DNA from: Candidatus Falkowbacteria bacterium RIFCSPLOWO2_12_FULL_45_13
Lineage (GTDB): Bacteria > Patescibacteriota > Patescibacteriia > Patescibacteriales > GWC2-42-12
Reading direction: 5' to 3'
Assembly (NCBI GenBank): GCA_001778055.1
Contig: MFFY01000004.1
Location: 1 to 45,346 of the forward strand
DNA length: 45,346 bases
Of this stretch, positions 9,640 to 19,576 are shown piece by piece. The number at the start of each line of letters is the position of its first letter. Positions within the stretch are counted from its first letter, which is position 1. Both the position numbers and the translations under genes were made by a program. The notes under the pieces are model-generated. The model searched no databases. It was not told the DNA's origin and worked only from the letters and a program-made list of their open reading frames with translations.

Positions 9640-10428
9640 ATGTCAATGGAACACCTTTCTCCGCAAAGAGAAAAAAAACTTCTCGAAGTTGAAAAAAAAC
9701 TTGGCACATCTTTCCACAACACAAGCCTGCTCAACCAGTCATTAACCCATAGTTCCTATGGCCATGAAAATAAGATCCCCGACAATGAGCGCATGGAATT
9801 TTTAGGTGACGCGGTCCTAAAGCTGGTAGTCAGTGAATTTCTTTTTCATAAGTTTCCGGAACGAGCCGAAGGAGATTTAACCAAGATAAGAGCCGCGGTC
9901 ATCTCAGACGAGACCCTGGCGACCGTGGGGCGCAAGCTTTATCTGGGAGATTATTTGCTGCTCAGCGCGAACGAACAAGGAACCGGCGGCACGCGCAGAA
10001 AGTCGAACCTGGCTAATACTTTTGAAGCGGTGCTCGGGGCGGTTTTTATTGATGCCGGCATTGGGAAATCGCGCGAGTTGGTTTTAAACGTTTTGACGGA
10101 AGAGATAGATAAAGTTTCAAAAGAAGGTTATATCCGCGACTATAAATCTGCTTTGCAGGAATATACACAAAAGCAAAAATGGGAATTGCCGCGCTACAAG
10201 GTTGTTAAAGAGGCCGGTCCCAAGCATCGCAAGGTTTTTTGGATGGAAGTAAAAATTAGGGGGAGGCGGTATGGGTTGGGTAGAGGGGGTAATAAGAAGG
10301 AGTCTGAACAGCGGGCAGCTATGCAAGCTTTGAAGGCACTTAAGGCGGAGCAAAAAAATGGTGGCAGAGTGGAGAGAAGGGGACTTAAGGGTATTATTTC
10401 TCAGGTAAGGAAGAAAATAAAAATATAA
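9640..10428 (+). CDS. rnc: Ribonuclease III
   Basis: Signature ERMEFLGDAVL, NTFEAVLGAVFID and a C-terminal dsRBD (YKSALQEY...PRYKVV...GPKHRKVF). Start is ATG 9640 or 9646. Basic C-terminal tail. Confidence 0.93.
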   Translation: MSMEHLSPQREKKLLEVEKKLGTSFHNTSLLNQSLTHSSYGHENKIPDNERMEFLGDAVLKLVVSEFLFHKFPERAEGDLTKIRAAVISDETLATVGRKLYLGDYLLLSANEQGTGGTRRKSNLANTFEAVLGAVFIDAGIGKSRELVLNVLTEEIDKVSKEGYIRDYKSALQEYTQKQKWELPRYKVVKEAGPKHRKVFWMEVKIRGRRYGLGRGGNKKESEQRAAMQALKALKAEQKNGGRVERRGLKGIISQVRKKIKI

Positions 10429-11717
10429 TGGCTAAGTTATTGATTAAAAACGGCAGAGTTGTTGATCCCGCCTCTAATTTAGACGGTCAACGGGACGTTT
10501 TGATTGTTGATGGGAAGATTAAAACAATTAAGTCGCAAGTAATGAGTCGCGGAGCACGAGTCATCGAGGCTAAAGGGATGCTGGTTCTGCCTGGCTTGAT
10601 AGATATGCACGCCCATCTGAGGGATCCCGGTCGACCTGATAAGGAGACGATTGCTTCTGGCACCAGGGCCGCCGCCATGGGCGGGTTTACCACTATTTGC
10701 TGCATGGCTAACACAGAGCCTCCCATTGATAATGCCGCGGTTGTTAAATACGTGAAGAATAAAGCGGAGATAGAAGGGGTGGTCAATGTTTTGCCAATTG
10801 CTGCGGTGACCAAAGGGCTTAAGGGGGAAGCTCTAGCAGAGATGGGGATGATGTTAAAGGAGGGAGCCGTTGCTTTTTCTGATGATGGTCAGCCAATTAT
10901 GCGGGCAGACGTTATGCGTCGAGCTTTAGAATACGCCAGGCAGTTTAAAGTGCCAATCATTTCTCATTGTGAAGATAAGGCGCTCTCCCATGGCGGCTCG
11001 ATGAACGAAAGTGCTCTTTCAACTGCTTTGGGCTTGCCAGGTATCCCGGCGCTAGCAGAAGAAAACATGGTGGCGCGCGATATAGCTCTGGCTAGAGAAT
11101 TCGGCAGGCTACACATTGCCCATGTGTCGTCCGCAAAATCTGTCGATCTGATCCGGCAGGCAAAGAAAAAGAAAATAGACGTGACTTGTGAAACTTGTCC
11201 GCATTATTTCTCTTTAACCGAAGAAGCGGTTAAAGGTTATGATACCAATGCCAAGGTTAATCCTCCGTTAAAGTCCAGGACAGATGTTAAGGCTATTATC
11301 AAAGGCTTAAAGGACGGGACTATCGATGTTATCGCAACGGATCATGCGCCGCATAATATTGAAGAGAAAGAGCTTGAGTTCAATTCAGCAGCTTTTGGCC
11401 TGGTTGGCTTGGAAACCGCGCTGGCGCTGGTAATTACATACTTGGTAGACACAAAAGAGCTGACGCTAAAGAAGGCAATTGAAAAACTGACAACCAGCCC
11501 AGCCAAAATTCTTGGCTTGAATAAAGGGGCGCTTAAAATTGGGGCTGATGCCGATCTGGTCATCGTTGATCCCAAAGCCGGGTGGACGGTTGACCCCTCA
11601 CAATTCGCCTCCAAAAGCAAAAATTCCCCGTTCAACGGGTGGAAGCTCAAAGGTAAAGTCCTCTGCACCATCGTGAGTGGCAAAGTGGTAGTACGCGATG
11701 GTAAAGTTTGTAGCTAG
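10428..11717 (+). CDS. pyrC: Dihydroorotase (class I, amidohydrolase fold)
   Basis: LPGLIDMHAHLRDPG, HVSSAKS, ETCPHYF, ATDHAPH. The ATG overlaps the rnc stop (ATAATG). Confidence 0.9.
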   Translation: MAKLLIKNGRVVDPASNLDGQRDVLIVDGKIKTIKSQVMSRGARVIEAKGMLVLPGLIDMHAHLRDPGRPDKETIASGTRAAAMGGFTTICCMANTEPPIDNAAVVKYVKNKAEIEGVVNVLPIAAVTKGLKGEALAEMGMMLKEGAVAFSDDGQPIMRADVMRRALEYARQFKVPIISHCEDKALSHGGSMNESALSTALGLPGIPALAEENMVARDIALAREFGRLHIAHVSSAKSVDLIRQAKKKKIDVTCETCPHYFSLTEEAVKGYDTNAKVNPPLKSRTDVKAIIKGLKDGTIDVIATDHAPHNIEEKELEFNSAAFGLVGLETALALVITYLVDTKELTLKKAIEKLTTSPAKILGLNKGALKIGADADLVIVDPKAGWTVDPSQFASKSKNSPFNGWKLKGKVLCTIVSGKVVVRDGKVCS

Positions 11718-12315
11718 CTGCTTGTTAGCAGTAATTTTCTTATCTGGTTGTGGAGATCTTGAGACAAGCTCCTCGGTTTCCAGTATTACAATTTCTCCTT
11801 CGAGTATCACAGTGGGAATAGCCAAAAGTACATTGTTTAGCGCGATTGTCAAAAATAGCGCCGGGAATATTATTAGTGCTTCTCCGACCTGGAGCGTGAG
11901 CGGAACAGGAAGCATAAATAGTTCAACCGGATTATTTACCGCTGGTAGTGCCAGTGGAGAGGGGACAGTCACGGCTACCTATGGTGGGATTTCTGACACG
12001 GCCGCTGTTACCACTACTATTAATGGCTGGGTAGCGGGAAGAGTGTTGGAAAGTCTTGGCAAAAAAGTCCAGGATATAAAGGTTTATTTGATCGGGACCA
12101 GCCTCGAGGATTTTACCGATTCTGATGGCGATTATTCAATTCCAAGTGTTCCTGCCGGAACTTACGAAGTGTGGACGGATAGAGATTCATCGATTTATCG
12201 TGCAGCCTCAAAAGAAGCTACTGTCGTTAGCGGGGAGACGGAAACAGTAAACTTTACTATCTTATACTTTACCGATCCACCCGATCTTAATCCCCCGGTG
12301 TTTGAGTTCGAATAA
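11698..12315 (+). CDS. Lipoprotein with Big_2 (bacterial Ig-like) and carboxypeptidase-regulatory-like domains
   Basis: Lipobox FLSGC. Big_2-like ITISPSSITVG...TVTATYGGISDTAAV. CarboxypepD_reg-like GRVL...DSDGDYSIPSVPAGTYEV. Confidence 0.7.
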   Translation: MVKFVASCLLAVIFLSGCGDLETSSSVSSITISPSSITVGIAKSTLFSAIVKNSAGNIISASPTWSVSGTGSINSSTGLFTAGSASGEGTVTATYGGISDTAAVTTTINGWVAGRVLESLGKKVQDIKVYLIGTSLEDFTDSDGDYSIPSVPAGTYEVWTDRDSSIYRAASKEATVVSGETETVNFTILYFTDPPDLNPPVFEFE

Positions 12316-12333
12316 TGGCGGTGGGAGGGATAA

Positions 12334-13314
12334 ATGGTCTGGATTAAATTCATTGTTTGCTCGCTGGTTATCTTTTTTGCCGGGCATAAAGTTGCCAAAT
12401 ATGGTGACATGATTGCCGAAAAAACCGGTCTCTGCCGAGCCTGGCTCGGCCTAACTCTTTTGGCCGCGGTAACCTCTCTGCCTGAATTGGCCAACGCTGT
12501 GTCGGCGACAACCGCTAATTTACCAGAGCTGGCTGTCGGAGATATCCTCGGCGCCTGCATGATCAATGTCCTTACCTTGGCCATGCTTGATATTATCCTT
12601 TGGTTTAGAGGACGCAAGTCAATTTTTATAAAATCTGAAAAAAACAATATTCTCTCGGCACTTTTTGGCATGGGCCTGTTAAGTTTTGTGGCTTTTTCCC
12701 TGGCGGTTACCCGTTATTTTATTGGTTTTAAGATTTTTGGTGTTTCCGGTTATACTTTGGCAATTGTTTTGATCTATCTTGTTATTCAAAAAATATTATA
12801 TTCTCAGAGCCAGGCTGAAAAAACAGAGGAGAAAAAGCATTATGATCAGGTGTCCAGTTTCAAGACATATTTGGGCTTTTTGCTTTGTGCCTTAATTGTT
12901 ATTATTGCCGGTGGTTGGCTGCCTTTTATTGGGGCGGAGATTGTGGAGATTATGGGTTGGGGTAGGACTTTTGTAGCCGTGCTGTTTTTGGGCTTTGCCA
13001 CAACCCTGCCTGAAGCCACCGTTTCTCTCTCAGCCTTGCGTTTGGGCTCGGTTGGCATGGGTATTGGTAATCTTTTAGGTAGTAATATTTTTAACGTAGC
13101 AATATTGTTTGTGGCAGACGTTTTTTATCAACCCGGAGACCTATTGACCGCAGTGCCGGTGAGTATGATCTTCGCGGCTTTATTTGGGGCCTTGCTGACA
13201 TTTATTGTTTTCCTGGCACTAGAGAAACGGATAAAAAATCGAATCCCTTCCCTGTTAATTGTGTTTTGTTATCTCCTGTCCCTTTTTCTCCTCTTCAAAG
13301 CCAGCGCGATGTAA
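12334..13314 (+). CDS. Ca2+/cation antiporter (CaCA, YrbG-like) membrane protein
   Basis: About 10 TM helices with two alpha-repeat motifs (VTSLPELANAV and ATTLPEATVSLSAL). Confidence 0.8.
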   Translation: MVWIKFIVCSLVIFFAGHKVAKYGDMIAEKTGLCRAWLGLTLLAAVTSLPELANAVSATTANLPELAVGDILGACMINVLTLAMLDIILWFRGRKSIFIKSEKNNILSALFGMGLLSFVAFSLAVTRYFIGFKIFGVSGYTLAIVLIYLVIQKILYSQSQAEKTEEKKHYDQVSSFKTYLGFLLCALIVIIAGGWLPFIGAEIVEIMGWGRTFVAVLFLGFATTLPEATVSLSALRLGSVGMGIGNLLGSNIFNVAILFVADVFYQPGDLLTAVPVSMIFAALFGALLTFIVFLALEKRIKNRIPSLLIVFCYLLSLFLLFKASAM

Positions 13315-13320
13315 GCAAAA

Positions 13321-13338
13321 GTGTCGTAATCTCGACAC
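13321..13338 (+). other. Small stem-loop just downstream of the antiporter stop
   Basis: gtgtcg (13321-13326) / cgacac (13333-13338), 6-nt loop. No U-tract follows, so it is not a canonical intrinsic terminator. Confidence 0.3.
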
Positions 13339-13341
13339 CTA

Positions 13342-13486
13342 TTAACTAACAACACGATCCGATTTTATCGGATCTACAACTAACAACTTACAACTACTCC
13401 CTAAATTTTTCCCGTAATTATTATAAATAATAGTTGTTTGTTGTAAGTTGTAGTCCGCCGCAGGCGGACGTCTTGTTAGGTGGTAA
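13342..13486. repeat. Composite imperfect palindrome built from ACAAC/GTTGT heptad-spaced repeats, with two embedded GC hairpins (structured RNA, MITE or operator array)
   Basis: The left arm at 13375-13397 pairs with the right arm at 13431-13453 at 20 of 23 positions. ACAAC occurs at 13376, 13383 and 13390. GTTGT occurs at 13433, 13440 and 13447. Hairpin gatccgat-ttt-atcggatc lies at 13356-13374. Hairpin gtccgcc-gca-ggcggac lies at 13453-13469. The outer arms share ctaacaa/ttgttag. Confidence 0.55.
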
Positions 13487-13520
13487 CTAGCTTGCTACCC
13501 CTTGAACATGGAGGTTTAGA

Positions 13521-13934
13521 ATGATTATTAAATGTTGTCTGCTTATTTTACTTGCTCTCCTGCTTTCCTCATGTTCCACCCAAAAGGATGAAAAAAATAT
13601 TAACACCGGTTTTCGCGAGGATGATGTTGCTATAGTTGAAGAACAGGCGGCGTCTCCTGAAGTTGATGCTCGTCAACCTATCTATATATATAATCAGCAA
13701 AAGCAAAATGAAGAGCAAGAAACCACTTTACGTTTGAATGGCGACCCCCTCCTCCTGCGCAACAACTATGTTCGGTTAGTTGGGGTGGTCAGTGGGGGAA
13801 GACCGATGGCTCTTGTTGAAGTCGGGGGGAGGGGTTGTGTTCTAGGTGCAGGCGAAATGGTGAGTGGTTGTCGGGTGGTTAGTATTATGGAGAATTGCAT
13901 AATACTTAGTAATGCAGGAAGTAGTAAGTTATGA
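13521..13934 (+). CDS. Lipoprotein, PilP/pilot-like partner of the downstream secretin
   Basis: GGAGG at 13510-13514. Lipobox LLSSC. C-terminal beta-rich segment LVGVVSGGRPMALVEVGGRG..LGAGE.V.G..VVSI resembles PilP/GspC-type domains. Translationally coupled to the secretin. Confidence 0.5.
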   Translation: MIIKCCLLILLALLLSSCSTQKDEKNINTGFREDDVAIVEEQAASPEVDARQPIYIYNQQKQNEEQETTLRLNGDPLLLRNNYVRLVGVVSGGRPMALVEVGGRGCVLGAGEMVSGCRVVSIMENCIILSNAGSSKL

Positions 13935-15082
13935 GGCAGATTGTTGTTTTAATAATGCTCTTAAATTATTTGGTTGGCACCTCTTTGGCGAGTTTGCCAT
14001 TACCCAAGGTTGAATTCGAAGATGCCGCGGTTTTAGATGTGGTGCGCATTCTGGCTAAGCAAGCAGGCCTAAATTTAGTTGTTAGTGGAAATGGCGGCTT
14101 GGATCAGACAAAACGGACAACGTTGCATCTCAAAAATGTTACAGCTGAAGAAGCGTTAGAATACGTGTTAAAAACCAACGATATGACTTTTGAGAGGAAA
14201 GGAAGCGCCGTACTAGTGTCTATGTTGTTGCAGGATCCTGAGGCAAAAGGTGAGATTGAAACAATGAGTCTCAAGTATCTCTCAGCCGAGAAAATATCCT
14301 CCCTGCTGGCAAGAGTTCTCCCGGTACTAAAAACTAGTATGGGCGGCAGCGCCAACTCTATTGTCCTGAAAGGGCGAGGAGAGATGATTGATGAGGCAAG
14401 AAAACTTATCTCTTCGGTCGATTTGCCTATTCCTCAGATATTAATTGAATGTAAAGTTCTGGAAATCTCTGAATCAGACTCCATGCATTTGGGGCTTTCT
14501 TACGGTGAAGAGGCCGGGACTATTCAGTTTTTAACCGATAAAGATACCAGAAAAACCTCTGCAGTAAGTGACTTGCAGACAACGTTAAATGGCTTGATCA
14601 GCAATGGGCAAGCAAAAATTGTCGCCAGCCCAAAAATCGCTACGCTTGATGATCACCAAGCAGTTCTTAATATTGGCAGTCGTATTCCTTATGCGGTTCC
14701 GGTCAGCAGTACATCAGGCAGTACTCAATGGACAGTTGAATATATCGAGGCAGGGGTTAAGCTGAAGATTACTCCCCGCCTTGGGGAGGCAGGCTATATT
14801 ACGACTTCAATTCAGCCTGAAGTTTCTTCAGTGTCCGAATGGCGAACAACCGCCGCCGGAGATTTCCCCGTTATCAGCTCACGCAACGCCCAGGCAACAC
14901 TGCGGGTGAAGGATGGGGAGACAATTGTGGTTGGTGGTTTAATGTCAGAATCCGAGAGAGAGAATGTTTCTCGCGTGCCGATTTTGGGCTATATTCCTTT
15001 AGCCGGGATATTGTTTCAAAATAAAACCATGGAGAAGGCGAAAACAGAGATAGTTTTTCTAATTACGCCGCATGTGATCTAA
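13931..15082 (+). CDS. Minimal secretin (PilQ/GspD family; N0-N1-secretin domain, 383 aa)
   Basis: Signal peptide present. N0-like FEDAAVLDVVRILAKQAGLNLVVS. Secretin core VASPKIATLDDHQAVLNIG...GGLM...VSRVPILGYIPLAGILFQNK...EIVFLITPHVI. Confidence 0.85.
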   Translation: MRQIVVLIMLLNYLVGTSLASLPLPKVEFEDAAVLDVVRILAKQAGLNLVVSGNGGLDQTKRTTLHLKNVTAEEALEYVLKTNDMTFERKGSAVLVSMLLQDPEAKGEIETMSLKYLSAEKISSLLARVLPVLKTSMGGSANSIVLKGRGEMIDEARKLISSVDLPIPQILIECKVLEISESDSMHLGLSYGEEAGTIQFLTDKDTRKTSAVSDLQTTLNGLISNGQAKIVASPKIATLDDHQAVLNIGSRIPYAVPVSSTSGSTQWTVEYIEAGVKLKITPRLGEAGYITTSIQPEVSSVSEWRTTAAGDFPVISSRNAQATLRVKDGETIVVGGLMSESERENVSRVPILGYIPLAGILFQNKTMEKAKTEIVFLITPHVI

Positions 15083-15091
15083 CCTGGAAGT

Positions 15092-15817
15092 TTAAAGGGG
15101 AACCAGCTTTACTCTCCCCAGCGCCCCCAGCTGGTCGTCCTTGATAATTAAGACACCGTCCAAGCCCCTGATCTTTTTTGCCAATTGTAAACCATGATTA
15201 ATATCTGTAATTTCTTTGACAACATTGCCGATGGCGGTTGCCGCGGCATCAGCCAAAGCCGCGCTTTTGGCGATTACGACCACGGCATCGGCTTTGCCAA
15301 AACTAAAAGAATGGCCCACTGTTCCTGAGGAGGTGCAAACCGAAAAAGGTTCCTTTCTTGGGTCAAGCTCCAGAGCGATTTTTTCTGAAAAGGCTGAGCC
15401 CCCAGCGAAAATGCCGACTTTGCGGGGTTGTTTAATTTTTAAAAGGATATCGCCGCCATTTTCAACGATTATTTCGTCGGTAAAAGCCAGTAGCTCTTTA
15501 CCCACAAACTCAGCCAGGGCGCCGGCTACCGTTGCCATGGGGCCAACCTTAGCTATTTTGGCGGCGGCGCCCATTGCTTTGACAATTGGCGGAGCGTCAC
15601 GACGAATTTTTAGCGGAGAATATGACTTGGCAAAGTTCTGGTCGGAGCCGATATACCTTTCGATGTCTGAGCGGTATTGCAAAACAAAGGCCAGGGCTTT
15701 GTCGTAAAGGTTTTTATCGGACAGGATAAGCAGGTCGGTCTCTTGTTCGATAATTTCACACTTAATCAGGTTATCAGCCTTGACGTAGTTACGGTAAGCG
15801 CGTTCCTGATAAGCCAT
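15092..15817 (-). CDS. UPF0280 family protein (ApbE-like fold)
   Basis: Matches remembered UPF0280 hallmarks: YQERAYRNY, ETDLLI, VGPMATVAGALAE, VENGGDI, CTSSGTVGHSFSFGKADAVVV, LADAAATAIGN. Confidence 0.78.
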   Translation of the reverse strand: MAYQERAYRNYVKADNLIKCEIIEQETDLLILSDKNLYDKALAFVLQYRSDIERYIGSDQNFAKSYSPLKIRRDAPPIVKAMGAAAKIAKVGPMATVAGALAEFVGKELLAFTDEIIVENGGDILLKIKQPRKVGIFAGGSAFSEKIALELDPRKEPFSVCTSSGTVGHSFSFGKADAVVVIAKSAALADAAATAIGNVVKEITDINHGLQLAKKIRGLDGVLIIKDDQLGALGRVKLVPL

Positions 15818-16452
15818 TACAGCTTCCCCTTAGTCGACGGGACACCTTTTTTCCTTGGATTAATCTGGCAGGCTTTGGAGAGGGCAACACCAAAAGCTTT
15901 GAAGATCGATTCTATTTTATGATGAGTGTTTTTCCCCCGCTTGAGATCAATATGCAGGGTTATCCCTGATGTATAGACAAAAGATTCAAAAAATTCGCGC
16001 AGCATCTCGGCATCAAGAAATAATGTTACGCTCTTTCCTGTTTCAATGTCTCCGATAAATGAAACAAACTGTTTTACGAATCTCGCTTTAAATGTAAAAT
16101 GTGGCCGGCCGGAAATATCAACGGCCGCTTTAACTTCGGAGAGCGATTCATCCATGGGAACAACGGCGTGGCCATAGCGCTCGATTTTTTTCTTTGCACC
16201 CAAAGCTTTTTTAAACGCTTCTCCCAGGGTTAGCCCGGTATCTTCGACTAAATGATGCAGATCGACTTCGATGTCGCCCTTAGCGGTTAATTTTAAATCA
16301 AAAAGGCCATGTTTGGAAAAAAGTGTAAACATGTGGGACAGAAAAGGAATAGGGTAATCAATTTTGCTTTTGCCGGATCCGTCAATAAGCAAGTCAATTT
16401 TAATGTCTGTTTCTTTGGTTCTGCGATTAATTTTTGCCTGCCTTTTTTTCAC
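15817..16452 (-). CDS. hisB: Imidazoleglycerol-phosphate dehydratase
   Basis: [48 protein letters not shown]. Confidence 0.93.
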   Translation of the reverse strand: MKKRQAKINRRTKETDIKIDLLIDGSGKSKIDYPIPFLSHMFTLFSKHGLFDLKLTAKGDIEVDLHHLVEDTGLTLGEAFKKALGAKKKIERYGHAVVPMDESLSEVKAAVDISGRPHFTFKARFVKQFVSFIGDIETGKSVTLFLDAEMLREFFESFVYTSGITLHIDLKRGKNTHHKIESIFKAFGVALSKACQINPRKKGVPSTKGKL

Positions 16453-17492
16453 TTTGACTCATCCTCGAATAGAACGGCTTGATTGCCGGTCTTTGATTGT
16501 TTTACTTTTATCCCCAGGTGTTCATAGGCCGCCGCGGTGGCCATTCTCCCTCTTGGGGTTCTCTCGATAAAGCCAATTTGCAGCAGATATGGCTCATAAA
16601 CATCTTCGATCCCTGTTGCTTCTTCGTGGATCGAGGCGGCTAAGGTGTCAACTCCGACCGGGCCGCCGGAAAATTTTTTGATAATTGATTCTAGTATCCG
16701 ACGGTCGATTTTATCCAGGCCCAATTCGTCGACATCCAAGCTGGCGAGGGCATTTTTGGCAGTTGCTTCATCAATCTTTCCTTTGGCTTTGACCTGCGCG
16801 AAGTCGCGTACCCGGCGCAATAGCCGATTGGCAATCCTGGGGGTGCCTCGTGAACGCCGGGCGATCTCTTCAGCTCCGGAATTTTTAATTTCTATGTTTA
16901 GAATGTTGGCAGCATGCAGGATAATTTGTTTTATCTCTTTAGGATTGTAAAATTCCAGCCGGCTGATGATGCCAAAGCGATCGCGCAGGGGGGAAGAGAG
17001 GTGTCCGATACGAGTTGTGGCGCCGATCAGCGTAAATTTTGGCAAATCAAGACGAATTGACCTGGCGCTGGGGCCTTTACCGATGATAATATCTAATCCA
17101 AAATCTTCCATCGCAGGATACAATACTTCTTCGACCACGCGATTCAAACGGTGAATTTCGTCGATAAAAAATACATCATTTGCCTGGAGATTAGTTAGAA
17201 TTGCGGCGAGATCGCCCGGCCGTTCAATGGCTGGCCCCGAGGTGATTTTGCAGCTTACTCCCATTTCGTTAGCAATGATGTTTGCCAGAGTAGTCTTCCC
17301 CAGCCCTGGCGGACCACAAAAAAGCAGGTGCTCCAGCTGTTCACCGCGACCTTTAACGGCGTTGATGTGAATGTTCAGGTTTTCTTTAATTTTTTCCTGG
17401 CCAATAAAATTTTTGAAGGTCTTTGGGCGCAGCCCTTCAAAAACTTTATCTTCGTCTCTACGCGCTAGTTCAATAATCCCTTCTTCAGCCAC
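16449..17492 (-). CDS. ruvB: Holliday junction branch migration helicase RuvB
   Basis: LRPKTF..FIGQEK, Walker [12 protein letters not shown], Walker [30 protein letters not shown]. Confidence 0.95.
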   Translation of the reverse strand: MAEEGIIELARRDEDKVFEGLRPKTFKNFIGQEKIKENLNIHINAVKGRGEQLEHLLFCGPPGLGKTTLANIIANEMGVSCKITSGPAIERPGDLAAILTNLQANDVFFIDEIHRLNRVVEEVLYPAMEDFGLDIIIGKGPSARSIRLDLPKFTLIGATTRIGHLSSPLRDRFGIISRLEFYNPKEIKQIILHAANILNIEIKNSGAEEIARRSRGTPRIANRLLRRVRDFAQVKAKGKIDEATAKNALASLDVDELGLDKIDRRILESIIKKFSGGPVGVDTLAASIHEEATGIEDVYEPYLLQIGFIERTPRGRMATAAAYEHLGIKVKQSKTGNQAVLFEDESK

Positions 17493-19518
17493 CGGAATAC
17501 ACTCTCTTGTAACCGTAATAGCTCTTCATGACCTTTTTAACATAATTTCTGGTCTCAGAAATAGGGATATCTTCCACAAATTCGTCAAGGTCAAATTTAT
17601 CATAATTATTGAGCCATTTTTTCACCCTGACCGGGCCGCCATTGTATCCGGCTAGTGCCAGTGGGACGTTACCATCAAAACGCTTAATTAAACTGGCTAA
17701 ATAGTAGGTTCCCATTTGAATATTAACACGAGGGTCATACATATTCCAGCGAGAGTAGCGCAGGCCAAGAGCATTGGAGATTATTTTACCTGTGCCGGGA
17801 ATGATCTGCATCAACCCGTGAGCGGAAGAGTGGGAAAGCGCCCGCGATTGAAAACGGCTCTCTTCCCTGATAACTGCGTAAACCAGATGGGGGTCGAGAC
17901 CGTTTTCTAAGGAATATTTTTCAACATACTGCCAGAACCCGCGCGGGTAAGCAAAACTCCAAAGCTTGGGGTCCAGGCTGGCCAGTGAGTTGTCTTCCAT
18001 GGCCGCATAGATTTCTTTTTCTGCGAAGTTGATCGGTTTGCTGAATTTCCCTTTCATAACATAGGCGTGGTATTGGGCCAGTCGGGCCATTTCTTTCTTA
18101 GCCGCGGGGGCCTTTTCTTCAATAAATGCGGCTTCTTCTATCGCCTCATCAGCCAGGTCAAGCGCTAAGAGCTCCTGATATTTACGTTCATGCTCTGATT
18201 CGCCGTTTGTGGTAATAGGCTTGTCAGGGATATCCGGGATGGCATGGGCTTTGATATTTAGTTTTTCGCGAGCCCGATAGGCATAATAGGAATGGTCATA
18301 ATTCTTAATGGTTGTTTTGTAAGCCTCGATTGCTTCGGTGCTTTTGCCGAGTTTTTCCGCTGCTTTGCCCAGCCAAAAGTTTAAACGGTCAGCATCGTAT
18401 TGGTTTGTAGCTTTTGCGGCCTCCTTAAAGTTGTCATAAGCCGCTGTATAATTATTCTGCTTATAGTAGGCATTGCCGATGAGCCAAAGGGTTTCATTGT
18501 AATAATCAGAGTTTGGATAGGACTCGATTAGCCGGCGGCATGCCGTGAGGGCTGCGTCGGTGTGGTTTTTTCTTTTATGGTAATAGCCAAGATAATAATA
18601 TGCGTCATCAGCGATGTGGCTTGTTGGATACATGGCAACTAATTTTTCCAGGGCGGCGATGGCTGAGGCAAAGGAGCTGTCTGCATAGCTGTAACTACGG
18701 CCCAAGTAGTACATGGCTTCCGGCTTTGAATCCTGGTCCAGGTTAATTACCTGCTTGAAGTAGCTAATGGCTTGGCTACTCTTCCCTTTTCTTAACAGGA
18801 TTCTCCCGAGCATAAGAATAGCGTCATCATGAAAAGAGCTTTTTTTGTAATATTTTTGCAGGCGGGTAAAATATTCCTTGGCTTTGGTAAAATTCCCAGC
18901 CATAAAATATTTAAGACCCCAATTATAAACGCTGGCAGCTGGCGCTTCGTAACCGGCCAGTGAGGTTTCTTTGGCCAATTTATCAAGGCGCTCAAGTCCC
19001 TGTTCGGCAAAGTAGCTGTCGCCGTGTAAAAGGTTGAGGTTTTGGTAGGTGCTAATCGCCTGGGTGTTTTTCCCTTGTTTTTCCAGGTTTACACCTAAGA
19101 GATACCGGGCCTGTGGCGCCAAATCATGTTTTGGTTCCTCGGATAAAAATTGTTTTAGGAGTCTTTCGGCCTGCGGGTAGTTGTTTAAATCGTAATAGCA
19201 TCTGGATTTTTCTATTATTGCGCCTGGGATAAAGCGGCTGTTTGGGTAATAACGCAAGAGTATGTCGTAAACCTGGATAGCAAGCGCAGAATTATGTTTT
19301 TCCTGGTAAGACCGGGCAATGTAATAGTAACTGTAGTCTAAAAGAGGGAAAGAGGTGTCGTTAAGGCATAGTTTATAGCTCTCAATCGCCGCGTAATATT
19401 CTTTTTTTTGAAAGAGCTCATAGGCTTCTTTGAAGGCTGACCGTGCTTCTAACGTGGTCGAGAACGCAGGAAAAGCCTGCACCAATAGAAGAGAGAGTAT
19501 TATCAGTGGTAGGCGCAT
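17485..19518 (-). CDS. Soluble lytic murein transglycosylase (TPR-rich N-terminal region plus SLT catalytic domain)
   Basis: SLT motif [26 protein letters not shown] and [10 protein letters not shown]. Many TPR-like repeats. Start set at the ATG complementary to 19516-19518, giving signal peptide [20 protein letters not shown]. The ORF-track start 19554 adds 12 residues before that signal peptide. Confidence 0.85.
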   Translation of the reverse strand: MRLPLIILSLLLVQAFPAFSTTLEARSAFKEAYELFQKKEYYAAIESYKLCLNDTSFPLLDYSYYYIARSYQEKHNSALAIQVYDILLRYYPNSRFIPGAIIEKSRCYYDLNNYPQAERLLKQFLSEEPKHDLAPQARYLLGVNLEKQGKNTQAISTYQNLNLLHGDSYFAEQGLERLDKLAKETSLAGYEAPAASVYNWGLKYFMAGNFTKAKEYFTRLQKYYKKSSFHDDAILMLGRILLRKGKSSQAISYFKQVINLDQDSKPEAMYYLGRSYSYADSSFASAIAALEKLVAMYPTSHIADDAYYYLGYYHKRKNHTDAALTACRRLIESYPNSDYYNETLWLIGNAYYKQNNYTAAYDNFKEAAKATNQYDADRLNFWLGKAAEKLGKSTEAIEAYKTTIKNYDHSYYAYRAREKLNIKAHAIPDIPDKPITTNGESEHERKYQELLALDLADEAIEEAAFIEEKAPAAKKEMARLAQYHAYVMKGKFSKPINFAEKEIYAAMEDNSLASLDPKLWSFAYPRGFWQYVEKYSLENGLDPHLVYAVIREESRFQSRALSHSSAHGLMQIIPGTGKIISNALGLRYSRWNMYDPRVNIQMGTYYLASLIKRFDGNVPLALAGYNGGPVRVKKWLNNYDKFDLDEFVEDIPISETRNYVKKVMKSYYGYKRVYSGG

Positions 19519-19576
19519 GAATGTAATTATAGCGCAGCTTGTTTTAGAATACAATTTTGGCTATACTTATTATCCG

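Noticed and set aside
19430-19516. Upstream-most part of the glgB ORF ([10 protein letters not shown]...).
   Set aside because: It is antisense to the slt signal-peptide coding region. The ORF-track start is probably a non-ATG codon, and there is no supporting signal.
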